Source: Chloroflexota bacterium (GTDB taxonomy: Bacteria; Chloroflexota; Dehalococcoidia; Lucifugimonadales; Lucifugimonadaceae). Taken from it: a DNA stretch of 64,000 nt. Under the pieces are notes generated by a model. The model saw only the letters and a list, made by a program, of their open reading frames with translations. It made no database searches and was not told the origin of the DNA. Positions within the stretch are counted from its first letter, which is position 1, and each line of letters starts with the position of its first letter. Positions 45,320-54,158 of the stretch are shown here, piece after piece. The stretch is taken from the NCBI GenBank assembly GCA_027623655.1, contig JAQBVG010000001.1:9817-73816 (forward strand), read 5' to 3'. The position numbers and the translations under genes were made by a program.

Positions 45320-45952
45320 TCAACAGTCGGGACTGATGAACGTTTCCGCGGTAAATGTTTTAGCGTAAGTCGGCCATGCCCGGCTGCCGTCGGCGTTTAT
45401 CTCCAGCGGAATCACCGTTCCGCCACCACCGCTGCCGATACTGGGGTCGGAAAACGCCAGCCTGGCAACTGCGGAGTTCCACCGACCGCCGGGGTCCTGG
45501 TGGACGTTCCACATGAACGTTTGCCCGGAGCGACTGAACTCCGCCAGGTAGGTGCCAGTGCCGTCGGCGCACGTGTCGACCACGATCGCTCCATCGTCCA
45601 CGAAGTGCCTGGCATTGGATATCGTTTTGGTCCAGAGGGCTTCGACCTGATCTTCGTCGAGACGTTCGCTGCCGCTCTCAAGTGCGGGCGGAAGTTCGAT
45701 GGGTGTAAGCCCGTTCGATGTGTACTTGATTGCCGGAGCCACGGTTGGCATGAGACTCGTCACAGGTAACGGAGTCGATGACGGAGCGGAAGTCGGCTCG
45801 GCTGGTGTTTTTGCTGTGGCCTGTGCGGTCGATTCTGAAAATTGCTGGGCCGGCGACGAACTGGCAGGGCTGGATCCACAACCGGCTGCAACCGCGGCGA
45901 TCATTGCGAACAATGGTATCAGGAGACTGGATTTGAGTTTCGAGCTGAGCAT
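45320..45952 (-). CDS. Lipoprotein, unknown function
   Basis: ATG 45952 gives MLSSKLKSSLLIPLFAMIAAVAAGC, a signal peptide plus lipobox (AAGC). It is followed by a Ser/Pro/Thr-rich linker and a ~130-aa domain. The longer track ORF to 46300 runs through the tandem repeat and looks non-coding. Confidence 0.55.
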   Translation of the reverse strand: MLSSKLKSSLLIPLFAMIAAVAAGCGSSPASSSPAQQFSESTAQATAKTPAEPTSAPSSTPLPVTSLMPTVAPAIKYTSNGLTPIELPPALESGSERLDEDQVEALWTKTISNARHFVDDGAIVVDTCADGTGTYLAEFSRSGQTFMWNVHQDPGGRWNSAVARLAFSDPSIGSGGGGTVIPLEINADGSRAWPTYAKTFTAETFISPDC

Positions 45953-46168
45953 CTGGAACCGACTTCTGTTTTCGGTGATCATTTCGCACCGGCAGGTAAT
46001 TGCGACCGAATCGAAGTACCGATTGTCGATTTCGAGTCGAAGTGCCGCATCACAGAAATCGAGTAAATTGGGTATCGACATACGAGTTCCAGGGAGACAG
46101 GATTTTCGGCAGTATTGAGAGCGTTTCATCTCAGGAATGTTTATGAGGGTGAATAAAGCAATCTCCTT

Positions 46169-46204
46169 CACCGGCACCGGCACCGGCCCCGGCACCGGCG
46201 CTGG
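46169..46204. repeat. Hexanucleotide tandem repeat (CACCGG)n, about 6 units with two degenerate
   Basis: The sequence reads caccgg caccgg caccgg ccccgg caccgg cgctgg. It lies in the divergent intergenic region between 45952 (minus) and 46345 (plus). Confidence 0.8.
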
Positions 46205-46344
46205 CGCGGAAACTGGCGCTAGCGCTGACACAGGTATCGATCGTGCGACTCTGGTTGATGGGAACCCGGCCTCCCGGTGGGAACGCTTCACAATCGCCAA
46301 TGATCAGTCGCTCCTAATTTGAATAGCAGGCAGTCGACCGAAAC

Positions 46345-47274
46345 GTGATAGTCCCTCCAACATTTTCGTCAGACCAGGAATACGTTTCGCGCCTTCGAGA
46401 CGTGGGGTTCTGGCGGCCGTACGTTGAGGATGTCCTGGGACGCCACGATCTGGTGGAGAGCGGCGAGGAGTTGGTACCCGGGGTTGGCGGTACCTACCCG
46501 ACCTTTGTGCAGGCGGGTGTGGTTGTGAAGCTGCTGGGTTACGTTCGCCCCCCGCGTGACAGCAACGAAGTCGAACTCGCTGCTCTCGAAACACTCGCCG
46601 CCGACCCGGAAATCAAGGCACCGCGTTTACTGGCCCGCGGCCAGGTGTTCGATAATTCTGCCGATCCGTGGTCTTACCTGATCACGACCAGAATGCCCGG
46701 CGTGGCATGGGAATACGCAGGACTGACCTTCGAGCAGAAGCGGTCACTCGCCGCCGAACTGGGTCAGCAGGTACGCCGCGTCCACTCCCTGCATCCCAGG
46801 GGTTTCGCTCCGCACGAGTATCAGTCTGCAGACCGCGTAGCGGCTGCCTGCGTCACCAGTTCATTGCCGTCGCATCTGGTCGCCCAGATCGACGACTACC
46901 TCGCTCGAAGTGGCCAAATGGAGCCGGTGTTCGCACACGGCGACATGATGTACCGCCACATATTCGTCGAGGACGGGTGTCTAACCGGAATCATCGATTG
47001 GGGCGATGCTACGGTAATCGATCGGCACTACGAATTTGGCAAACTCCACCTTGACCTGTTCGAGTGTGATAAGACGCTGTTGCGGGTATTTCTCGAAGCC
47101 AGCGAGTGGCCTGCGACAGAAGATTTTCCACAGATGGCGATGGCTCTGGCACTGCACCGTCAGGCCGAGCGCAAGACCCTGAAGATGGACGTCTTCTATA
47201 CCCTTCCGAATTTACTACCGCTGCAAGATATCGCCACACTTGATGACCTCGCGACCGTACTTTTCGCCGTCTAG
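46345..47274 (+). CDS. Aminoglycoside/choline-kinase-like phosphotransferase (APH family)
   Basis: Brenner/APH motif HGDMMYRHIFVEDGCLTGIIDWGDA. Confidence 0.7.
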   Translation: MIVPPTFSSDQEYVSRLRDVGFWRPYVEDVLGRHDLVESGEELVPGVGGTYPTFVQAGVVVKLLGYVRPPRDSNEVELAALETLAADPEIKAPRLLARGQVFDNSADPWSYLITTRMPGVAWEYAGLTFEQKRSLAAELGQQVRRVHSLHPRGFAPHEYQSADRVAAACVTSSLPSHLVAQIDDYLARSGQMEPVFAHGDMMYRHIFVEDGCLTGIIDWGDATVIDRHYEFGKLHLDLFECDKTLLRVFLEASEWPATEDFPQMAMALALHRQAERKTLKMDVFYTLPNLLPLQDIATLDDLATVLFAV

Positions 47275-47322
47275 TTTGCAGGTGACGAAGTTCGGGTGTC
47301 GATGAGTTGAAGGAAGCCTGAG

Positions 47323-47940
47323 ATGAGTGCACCAAAGGTGATCTTGATCGGTGGCCCGCCGATGGTCGGCAAATCGTCGGTGGCACGTGTCGCGGCGGCG
47401 AAGCTCGGGTACGGGTGTACGTCGACCGATGACATCGGACTGGCAATCAGGACGGTGACTACGGCCCAAACACACCCGTGGTCACACGCCATGGATGGAA
47501 TCGACTACCGGGAATACTACATCGCCCGGTCAGTCGAACAGCTGCTTGCCGACGCAATGGGCATGCATGAAGAAATGTGGCCCGGGATCGAGGCGGGGAT
47601 CAGGGCGCACTCGACCTGGAGTTTTCCGATCGTTTACGAAGGCTGGGCGTTGTGGCCCGAGCGCGTCGTTGAAACAGTAAGGGAGTTGGAAAACGTGTCG
47701 GCCGTGTGGCTTACGGCGAGCGACGAACTAATGGAGGCCCGAGTTCGCAACGCCAGGCGGTTCTACGCTGGAGCGTCGGACGAAGAGATGATGATTTCGA
47801 AGTTCTTGCCGAGAAATATCGAATACAACAACAGGATGCTGGATACCCTCGAGCGGCTGGGCCTGAGCTCGATCGAAATCTTACGGGCAGATTCGATAGA
47901 AACGGTCGTTGAGAAATGTTTTGCAGAGTGGAGTAGCTGA
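47323..47940 (+). CDS. P-loop NTPase / small-molecule kinase-like protein
   Basis: Walker A GGPPMVGKSS at the N-terminus; 205 aa. No firmer family assignment is possible by eye. Confidence 0.5.
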   Translation: MSAPKVILIGGPPMVGKSSVARVAAAKLGYGCTSTDDIGLAIRTVTTAQTHPWSHAMDGIDYREYYIARSVEQLLADAMGMHEEMWPGIEAGIRAHSTWSFPIVYEGWALWPERVVETVRELENVSAVWLTASDELMEARVRNARRFYAGASDEEMMISKFLPRNIEYNNRMLDTLERLGLSSIEILRADSIETVVEKCFAEWSS

Positions 47941-47942
47941 GC

Positions 47943-48950
47943 ATGCGAATAGGTTTCAACTTTGTGAACGGGTTGTTTGATACCACACTCGACGATTTCC
48001 TTGCGTTTTCCGCTCAGTACGGAGCAACGGACGTTGTGCTGCAGTCTTCGACAAGCAAAGACTCGCGCAGCAGGTGGAGCGTCGTACCGGGCGACCATCG
48101 CTGGGAGCTGCCCGATCTTGAATGTCTGAGAAAACAGGTCGAATCGTACGGCCTCCACCTGGAGGCGTTGGAAAATGTGCCGAGCATGTTCTATGACCGG
48201 ATAATGCTTGGTGACCCGGGACGTGACGAGCAGATCGAAAACATGATCTACACCGTGCGAAATATCGCGCGGGCAGGCATTCCCATCTTTGGGTACAACT
48301 GGATGCCGTCGAGCGTCTGGAGGACCTCAACCGAAACGCCGGGAAGGGGTGGTTCAAAAGTGACCAGCTACGATCACTCGAAGCACCTCGGCGCACCATT
48401 TACGCACGGTCGAGAATACTCAGAAGAGGAGATGTGGGAGAACCTTGAATACTGGATCAAGATAATCACCCCGGTCGCTGAAGAAGAGGGCATTCGCCTG
48501 GGCATCCTCCCCGCAGATCCGCCAGTTCCCTCGGTCGGTGGGATTCCGAGGCTGCTTACCGGGTTCGAGGCGTACAGGCGCCTGATAGAGATGGTCGATT
48601 CGCCGTCGAATGCGATCGAGTTTTGCCAGGGAACATTCGCCGAAATGCCAGACGCGGCCGGGGATGGCATTTACGACATGATTCGCTACTTCGGTGAGCG
48701 GAACAGGATCCTGTACGTCCATTTCAGGAACGTATCGAATGCAGGCGATCCATTTCACGAGGAGTTCATCAACACCGGCCACGTCGATATGTATCGAGCG
48801 ATGAAGCTTTACCGTGAGATCGGTTTCGACGGCGTATTTGTGAACGATCATGTGCCGAACACGATCGGCGACACTGACTGGGGCCATCGGGGTCGAGCGT
48901 ACGCCAACGGCTACATCCAGGCGATAATGGACGTGGTTGACAGGCGCTGA
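47943..48950 (+). CDS. uxuA: Mannonate dehydratase (UxuA) family protein
   Basis: GYNWMP, IITPVAEEEGIRLGILPADPP...GIPRL and YVHFRNV blocks parallel E. coli UxuA (YNFMP, [20 protein letters not shown]...GLPRI, THLRS). Confidence 0.7.
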   Translation: MRIGFNFVNGLFDTTLDDFLAFSAQYGATDVVLQSSTSKDSRSRWSVVPGDHRWELPDLECLRKQVESYGLHLEALENVPSMFYDRIMLGDPGRDEQIENMIYTVRNIARAGIPIFGYNWMPSSVWRTSTETPGRGGSKVTSYDHSKHLGAPFTHGREYSEEEMWENLEYWIKIITPVAEEEGIRLGILPADPPVPSVGGIPRLLTGFEAYRRLIEMVDSPSNAIEFCQGTFAEMPDAAGDGIYDMIRYFGERNRILYVHFRNVSNAGDPFHEEFINTGHVDMYRAMKLYREIGFDGVFVNDHVPNTIGDTDWGHRGRAYANGYIQAIMDVVDRR

Positions 48951-49095
48951 CGAGTTCAACGGAGCGGTCTGACGATCATGTGAAATTACCGGGGTTGTGC
49001 GCCATCAGGGGTGAGTGCGGTGTGCCGCGGCTGCGGTTCAGTGGTTCAAAATGCGTAACTACTGCGCTCGCTGACCGTTTTATCATGTCTGGCAA

Positions 49096-50976
49096 ATGCT
49101 TCTCGCCAACCTCAACAAAGTCACCGCCGAATACGCCGGACAGCCCGTCCTGAAGGGCGTTTCTTTCGAAATCTCGGTCGGTGAAAAGCTTGGCTTGATC
49201 GGTGCGAACGGCGCGGGCAAAACTACGCTGCTCCGCATCCTGCTCGGTCAGGAGCCGCCTTCGGGGGGGACCGTAACGCTGGCATCGGGCACCCGCGTCG
49301 GCTACATCCCTCAATACCTCGGCGGCGACGACAACGATCTCGTCACGGATTGGCTGCTCGCCGAATACACGTCGATAACGGATCGGCTTCACGCGTGCGA
49401 GGTACAACTTGCCAGAGCATCGCCCGATGCGATCGATTCTGCGATGAGTTCGTACCAATCAGCACGGGACGACTATGACCGACTCGATGTCGATGGAGCT
49501 CCCGACAGGGCTCAGAAAATTCTCGACTCGTTAGGTCTGATCGGCAAAGAAGACCAGGAGGTTGGCTCACTCTCGGGTGGTGAAAAGAACGTCTTATCAC
49601 TCGCCAGGGCGCTGCTCAATGAGCCTGATTTCCTTGTGCTTGACGAGCCGGGTAACCATCTGGATTTCATGGGACTGGCGTGGCTTGAGGAGTACCTGGT
49701 CAAGTTCACGGGAACGGTATTTATCGTGTCCCACAACCGGCACACGCTGGACCGCGTTGTCCGGGGTATCTTGAGCCTGGAAGACGGCCAGGTGGCTCGC
49801 TACGAAGGCGGTTACTCAACGTATCGGGCCACGAAGCTTCGTGAACTGATAGCCCAGCAGGCTGACTACAGCGCGAATCAAAAACGACTTGCTCAACTGG
49901 AGGCCCTCGTCAAAAGACTCGAGTTGACGGCTCGTGCGCGCCCAAGCACGAAAGCTGGAAAACGGCTGAGGTCCCGCCGATCCCAGCTTGCGCGCGAGGA
50001 ATCGCAGGCTGTCGAGAAACCAACGTCAGGCGTATCAGCGATCGATGCCGAGTTTATGACTGAACGGACGCGCTCAAACATCGTGCTTCAGGTGCGGAAC
50101 TACAGTAAGTCGTTCGACGATTTGTCACTGCTGGAGAATGTCGATTTCGACATCACAAGCGGCGAAAGAGTGGCGATTGTAGGTCCCAACGGTAGCGGCA
50201 AGACCACGCTGCTGAGGGACATTGTCGCGATCGGCGAGTGGGACGACGCCGTGATTCGGATTGGGCCGAGTATAAGGGTTGGATATGCGGCCCAGCAGCA
50301 GGAAATCCTCAATGGAGATCGAACTATTCTCGAGGAGATGATGGCGTCGCCTCCCGAGAGTAACGAGACGGTCGCATTCGCCCTGTTGAGGAACTTTTTG
50401 TTTACAAGGGAAGACCTTCGTAAGCGGGTATCCGAACTTTCTGGTGGCGAGCGGAATCGCCTGCAGCTGGCAGCCCTGATGAAGCTCAAACCTAACTTTT
50501 TGATACTCGATGAACCCACGAACCACCTTGATATTCCGGCTCGAGAGGCGGTAGAAGACGCACTTTCGGAGTACGAGGGATCGATTCTGGTTGTTTCGCA
50601 TGACAGGTATTTTCTGGACAAGATCGTGAATCGCGTTGTTGAGCTTGAGGACCGTGACCTGGTTTCGTTCGATGGCAATTTTTCGGAGTTCTTCGAGACG
50701 AGATACGGGTCGCTCGAGGGTGAATCGGGTCGGGTATCGACGAGAGGGTCAGATCGGAAGCGCGGGCGGGTCGAAAGAACTGAGCAGCGGTCGGACGTCG
50801 CATCGCTGGAACGGCGAATCGAGGAGGCCGAGGAGGAGAAGCTCGAACTGGAGCGACGCGTCGGCCTGGCGTTCGAGAACCGCGACAATCGAGAAGGACG
50901 CAGGTTCAGTCGCGAGCTCGAAAGGGTGAGTGCTTTACTCGCCGATCTGTACGAGCAGTGGGCGGTGAGGGCGTAG
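49096..50976 (+). CDS. ABC-F family ATPase (two ABC domains, no TM domain)
   Basis: Two Walker A motifs (GANGAGKTT, GPNGSGKTT), two LSGGE signatures, two Walker B motifs (LVLDEP, LILDEP), and a charged coiled C-terminal tail. Confidence 0.9.
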   Translation: MLLANLNKVTAEYAGQPVLKGVSFEISVGEKLGLIGANGAGKTTLLRILLGQEPPSGGTVTLASGTRVGYIPQYLGGDDNDLVTDWLLAEYTSITDRLHACEVQLARASPDAIDSAMSSYQSARDDYDRLDVDGAPDRAQKILDSLGLIGKEDQEVGSLSGGEKNVLSLARALLNEPDFLVLDEPGNHLDFMGLAWLEEYLVKFTGTVFIVSHNRHTLDRVVRGILSLEDGQVARYEGGYSTYRATKLRELIAQQADYSANQKRLAQLEALVKRLELTARARPSTKAGKRLRSRRSQLAREESQAVEKPTSGVSAIDAEFMTERTRSNIVLQVRNYSKSFDDLSLLENVDFDITSGERVAIVGPNGSGKTTLLRDIVAIGEWDDAVIRIGPSIRVGYAAQQQEILNGDRTILEEMMASPPESNETVAFALLRNFLFTREDLRKRVSELSGGERNRLQLAALMKLKPNFLILDEPTNHLDIPAREAVEDALSEYEGSILVVSHDRYFLDKIVNRVVELEDRDLVSFDGNFSEFFETRYGSLEGESGRVSTRGSDRKRGRVERTEQRSDVASLERRIEEAEEEKLELERRVGLAFENRDNREGRRFSRELERVSALLADLYEQWAVRA

Positions 50977-51096
50977 AGCGGGTGGGGGTGGTCGTTCGGG
51001 AGCATTGTTATCGCTGCAGTATCACAGGGTCTTGCCCCGCGCTCTCTGCGATACAAACGAAAAGCGCGACGATGGGAGATTTTACGAGGAGGGCGG

Positions 51097-51429
51097 TTAA
51101 GCTCCGGCGGCTGGCGGTGTGCCGTCGCCGTGGCCTTCCTGCAAAGTCGAGTCGTTGTGGGAGAAGACGCCAAGATCACGACCCTGGTGGACGTGCACAA
51201 CAAGGTCGTCTCGCTCGACGCCGATGGCATCTGTGAGTTCCTCGTCGACCATTGACATCAGTTCCTGTATCGCCTCTTGCGTCAGTGATTCGGCCACGAC
51301 TAAAGTTCCGTGGACCATTCCTGGCACGAAGTGCAGGTCGAGTCGGCCGACCGATTTTCCTTCTTCAAGGACCGTGTAACACTCGCCCGTTGGTGTGCGG
51401 ACTTCCCGTTCAAAGTAGAATTGCGACAT
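51097..51429 (-). CDS. Hypothetical protein
   Basis: ATG 51429 (MSQFYFEREV) lies 5 nt after the proA stop. 110 aa with no recognised motif. Confidence 0.4.
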   Translation of the reverse strand: MSQFYFEREVRTPTGECYTVLEEGKSVGRLDLHFVPGMVHGTLVVAESLTQEAIQELMSMVDEELTDAIGVERDDLVVHVHQGRDLGVFSHNDSTLQEGHGDGTPPAAGA

Positions 51430-51434
51430 GGTGT

Positions 51435-52712
51435 TTATTGCCTGATCTGGCCCTGTCCGCGGACCTTCCACTTGTAGCTGGTAATTTCTTTCAGGCCCAT
51501 GGGACCCCGTGCGTGGAGCTTGTTAGTCGAAATCGCGACCTCAGCTCCCAGTCCAAATTCTGCACCGTCATTGAACCGAGTTGAGGTGTTGGCAAAAACG
51601 ACGCCGGCATCTACTTCGGTCAGGAAACGCTCAACCGACTCAACGTTTTCGGAAACGATTGCCTCCGAGTGGCCTGAGCCATATTTAGCGATGTGATCGA
51701 GGGCCTCATCGATCGAGTCGACGATTTTCACCGATGCGATAAGCGCCAGAAACTCGGTGCCAAAATCGTCCGAACGAGCTGGCGTGATCTTCGCACCACC
51801 AGCGATCGCGTCGAGAACGCTCATGGAGCGGCTATCGGCTCGTAGTTCGACGTTGTTGACCCCAAATTCGATCGCAAGCTCTGGCAGGAACTGCCGTGCG
51901 ATCGCCTGGTGGACCAACACGGTGTCGAGTGCGTTGCAAACGGTGGGCCGCTGTACCTTGGCATTCACTACTATCGCCAACGCATCATCGAGTTTTGCAT
52001 CGACATCGATGTATGTATGGCACACACCGACACCGCCCGTGATGGCGGGCATTTTTGCGTTCTGGCCGACGAAATTGACAAGGTCCGCACTACCGCGCGG
52101 GATCATCAGGTCGATCACATCGTCCATTTCGAGCATCTCTTTGACAAGCGCACGGTCGGTGGATTCAACGAACTGGACTGCATCGCGAGGAATGCCGGCG
52201 GTTTCTATCGAGTTTTTCACGATTTCGGCCAAAACCGTGTTTGTGAGGATACACTCCTTGCCTCCACGCAGTACGACAGCGTTGCCGGATTTCAGGCAGA
52301 GCGTGGCGATATCTATTGTGACATTCGGGCGGCTCTCGTAGATAACGCCTATCACACCGAGCGGCACTCGCACCCGTTCAAGATTGAGACCTGAAGCCAG
52401 GTCACGTGACTCGAGGATCTCGCCGATTGGATCATCCAGCGAGGCGATGTTGCGAGCGGCATCCGCCATGTCTTTGACTCGCTCGGCATTGAGGGTCATG
52501 CGATCGAGCATCTGAAAATTCAGACCGTCGCGCCTGGCCGCTACAAGGTCCTTTTCGTTCGCGACCAGGATTTTTTCGCGGTTTGCCTCTATGGCGGTGG
52601 CGATCGCGATAAGCGCCGAGTTTTTCACACCTGCAGGGGTTGCAGCCAGTCGGCGCGACGCCACCCTGGCCGCTAGCGCCTGATCGTGGAGTGTTGTTGC
52701 TGTAGTGGTCAT
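51435..52712 (-). CDS. proA: Glutamate-5-semialdehyde dehydrogenase
   Basis: 425 aa with VIGVIYESRPNVT, LRGGKE, CNA.DT.LVH and GSGHSEAI motifs. Confidence 0.9.
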   Translation of the reverse strand: MTTTATTLHDQALAARVASRRLAATPAGVKNSALIAIATAIEANREKILVANEKDLVAARRDGLNFQMLDRMTLNAERVKDMADAARNIASLDDPIGEILESRDLASGLNLERVRVPLGVIGVIYESRPNVTIDIATLCLKSGNAVVLRGGKECILTNTVLAEIVKNSIETAGIPRDAVQFVESTDRALVKEMLEMDDVIDLMIPRGSADLVNFVGQNAKMPAITGGVGVCHTYIDVDAKLDDALAIVVNAKVQRPTVCNALDTVLVHQAIARQFLPELAIEFGVNNVELRADSRSMSVLDAIAGGAKITPARSDDFGTEFLALIASVKIVDSIDEALDHIAKYGSGHSEAIVSENVESVERFLTEVDAGVVFANTSTRFNDGAEFGLGAEVAISTNKLHARGPMGLKEITSYKWKVRGQGQIRQ

Positions 52713-52777
52713 CTTGCCTGTTTGTCGCCCGCTATTTACTGCCGGTTGCTCCTGTTTCGTGCGTTTGCTCAGTGCGG

Positions 52778-53977
52778 CTAAGGCAACGCCAGGTTGTTTC
52801 GATGGATAACTTCAGCACCGTAGTAGTGGCCCAGCAGTTCTGGCAATGATTTCGAATTTTTACCTTTTATCAGTTCGACGTCTCCGGATGGGTATGAACT
52901 GAGTCCCCACCCAATGGTCGCTCCGTCGATTTCCGTTATTTCAATGATATCGCCTCGTTCGAACGGACCGGCGACCGACACGATCCCGATCGGCAGCAGG
53001 CTATTGCCTCGATTTTTCAATGCGTTTGCAGCTCCGGCATCGACAGAAACACTACCACGGTGCTCAGAACGACCGCTGAGAATCCATCGTTTTCTGCTCT
53101 CACGTCGCGATTCACTCGGCTGGAACAGTGTCCCAATCACTTCACCCCGGCATATCGATCCGATTACGTCGTCCTGGTGACCCGAGGCAATAACCATCGG
53201 GATACCAGAGTCCATCGCCAACCGGGCTGCGTCGAGTTTGCTCGTCATACCACCACGGCCGCGATTGTCGTGTGGCCCGCGGGCGGCTTCTTCGATCCTG
53301 TCGGTGATTTCTGAAACCACGGAAATCAATTCTGCATCGGGGTTGAGGTGGGGATCAGCGGTATGTAGGCCAACCATGTCGCCGAGAAGGATCAGGAGCT
53401 CTGCGTCGACGGTGTTCGCCACCATTGCAGAGAGCCGGTCGTTGTCGCCGTAAACGTCACCGACGAGTTCCTCTACGGCCACGACATCGTTTTCGTTGAG
53501 AATCGGCACCGCGCCGATTGATAGCAAAGCCTCGAGCGTGTTTCGCACGTTCAGATACCGTCGCCGTCTCTGAAGATCGCCGCGGGAGATCAGCGCCTGT
53601 GCGACCTGGACGTTCGATTCAGCGAAAATCTGCTCGAACACAACCATTAACCTTGGTTGCCCCAGTGCGGCCAGGGTCTGGCGGTAGGCTACGGTCCCCT
53701 GCTGGAGTTTGTTTTTGCCCGGCGTTCGGGAGAGCGAATCACGACCGGCGGCCACGGCGCCGGAGGAGACTACCAGCACCTCGATGCCTGATTCTCGCAC
53801 TGCCACAATCTGCTTACAGATTTTTCCGATCACATTGAGGTCGAGCGAATCCTTCCCGCCGGTCAACAGGTTCGTTCCGAGCTTTACGACTATTCGCCGG
53901 GGGCGTTTGATACGCGCTGCACCGGGTTTCCTGGACTCTTGGGACGCCATCAGATAAATGTCTCGTAAATTTGGCAA
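52778..53977 (-). CDS. proB: Glutamate 5-kinase with C-terminal PUA domain
   Basis: IVVKLGTNLLT, VSSGAVAAG, DND.LSA and TGGM-type (RGGMTSKL) motifs. The PUA-like C-terminus reads GDIIEI. Confidence 0.9.
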   Translation of the reverse strand: MPNLRDIYLMASQESRKPGAARIKRPRRIVVKLGTNLLTGGKDSLDLNVIGKICKQIVAVRESGIEVLVVSSGAVAAGRDSLSRTPGKNKLQQGTVAYRQTLAALGQPRLMVVFEQIFAESNVQVAQALISRGDLQRRRRYLNVRNTLEALLSIGAVPILNENDVVAVEELVGDVYGDNDRLSAMVANTVDAELLILLGDMVGLHTADPHLNPDAELISVVSEITDRIEEAARGPHDNRGRGGMTSKLDAARLAMDSGIPMVIASGHQDDVIGSICRGEVIGTLFQPSESRRESRKRWILSGRSEHRGSVSVDAGAANALKNRGNSLLPIGIVSVAGPFERGDIIEITEIDGATIGWGLSSYPSGDVELIKGKNSKSLPELLGHYYGAEVIHRNNLALP

Positions 53978-54158
53978 CAGTCGGCGGAATTGGTTGTGGT
54001 TATTTTGTATCGGAAGGGTGTGCCGGTGCTAGCATCAGAGGACACCAGGATCACCGAATTATTATTCGATGGTCACCTTAGTGTGTTTGCATGGTGTCGG
54101 CTACTTATTGTGGCCGCGTTGGCGCGGAACCCGTTAAAGCGGGTGTTCGGAAAATTGA

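Noticed and set aside
50100-51230. 376-aa ORF antisense to the ABC-F gene, and similar long antisense ORFs (e.g. 20881..21429, 12154..12867, 55509..56204)
   Set aside because: They are Ser/Arg/Pro-rich and low-complexity with no motifs. They lie opposite genes with unambiguous Walker, sigma-70 or helicase motifs. These are typical shadow ORFs of moderately GC-rich DNA.
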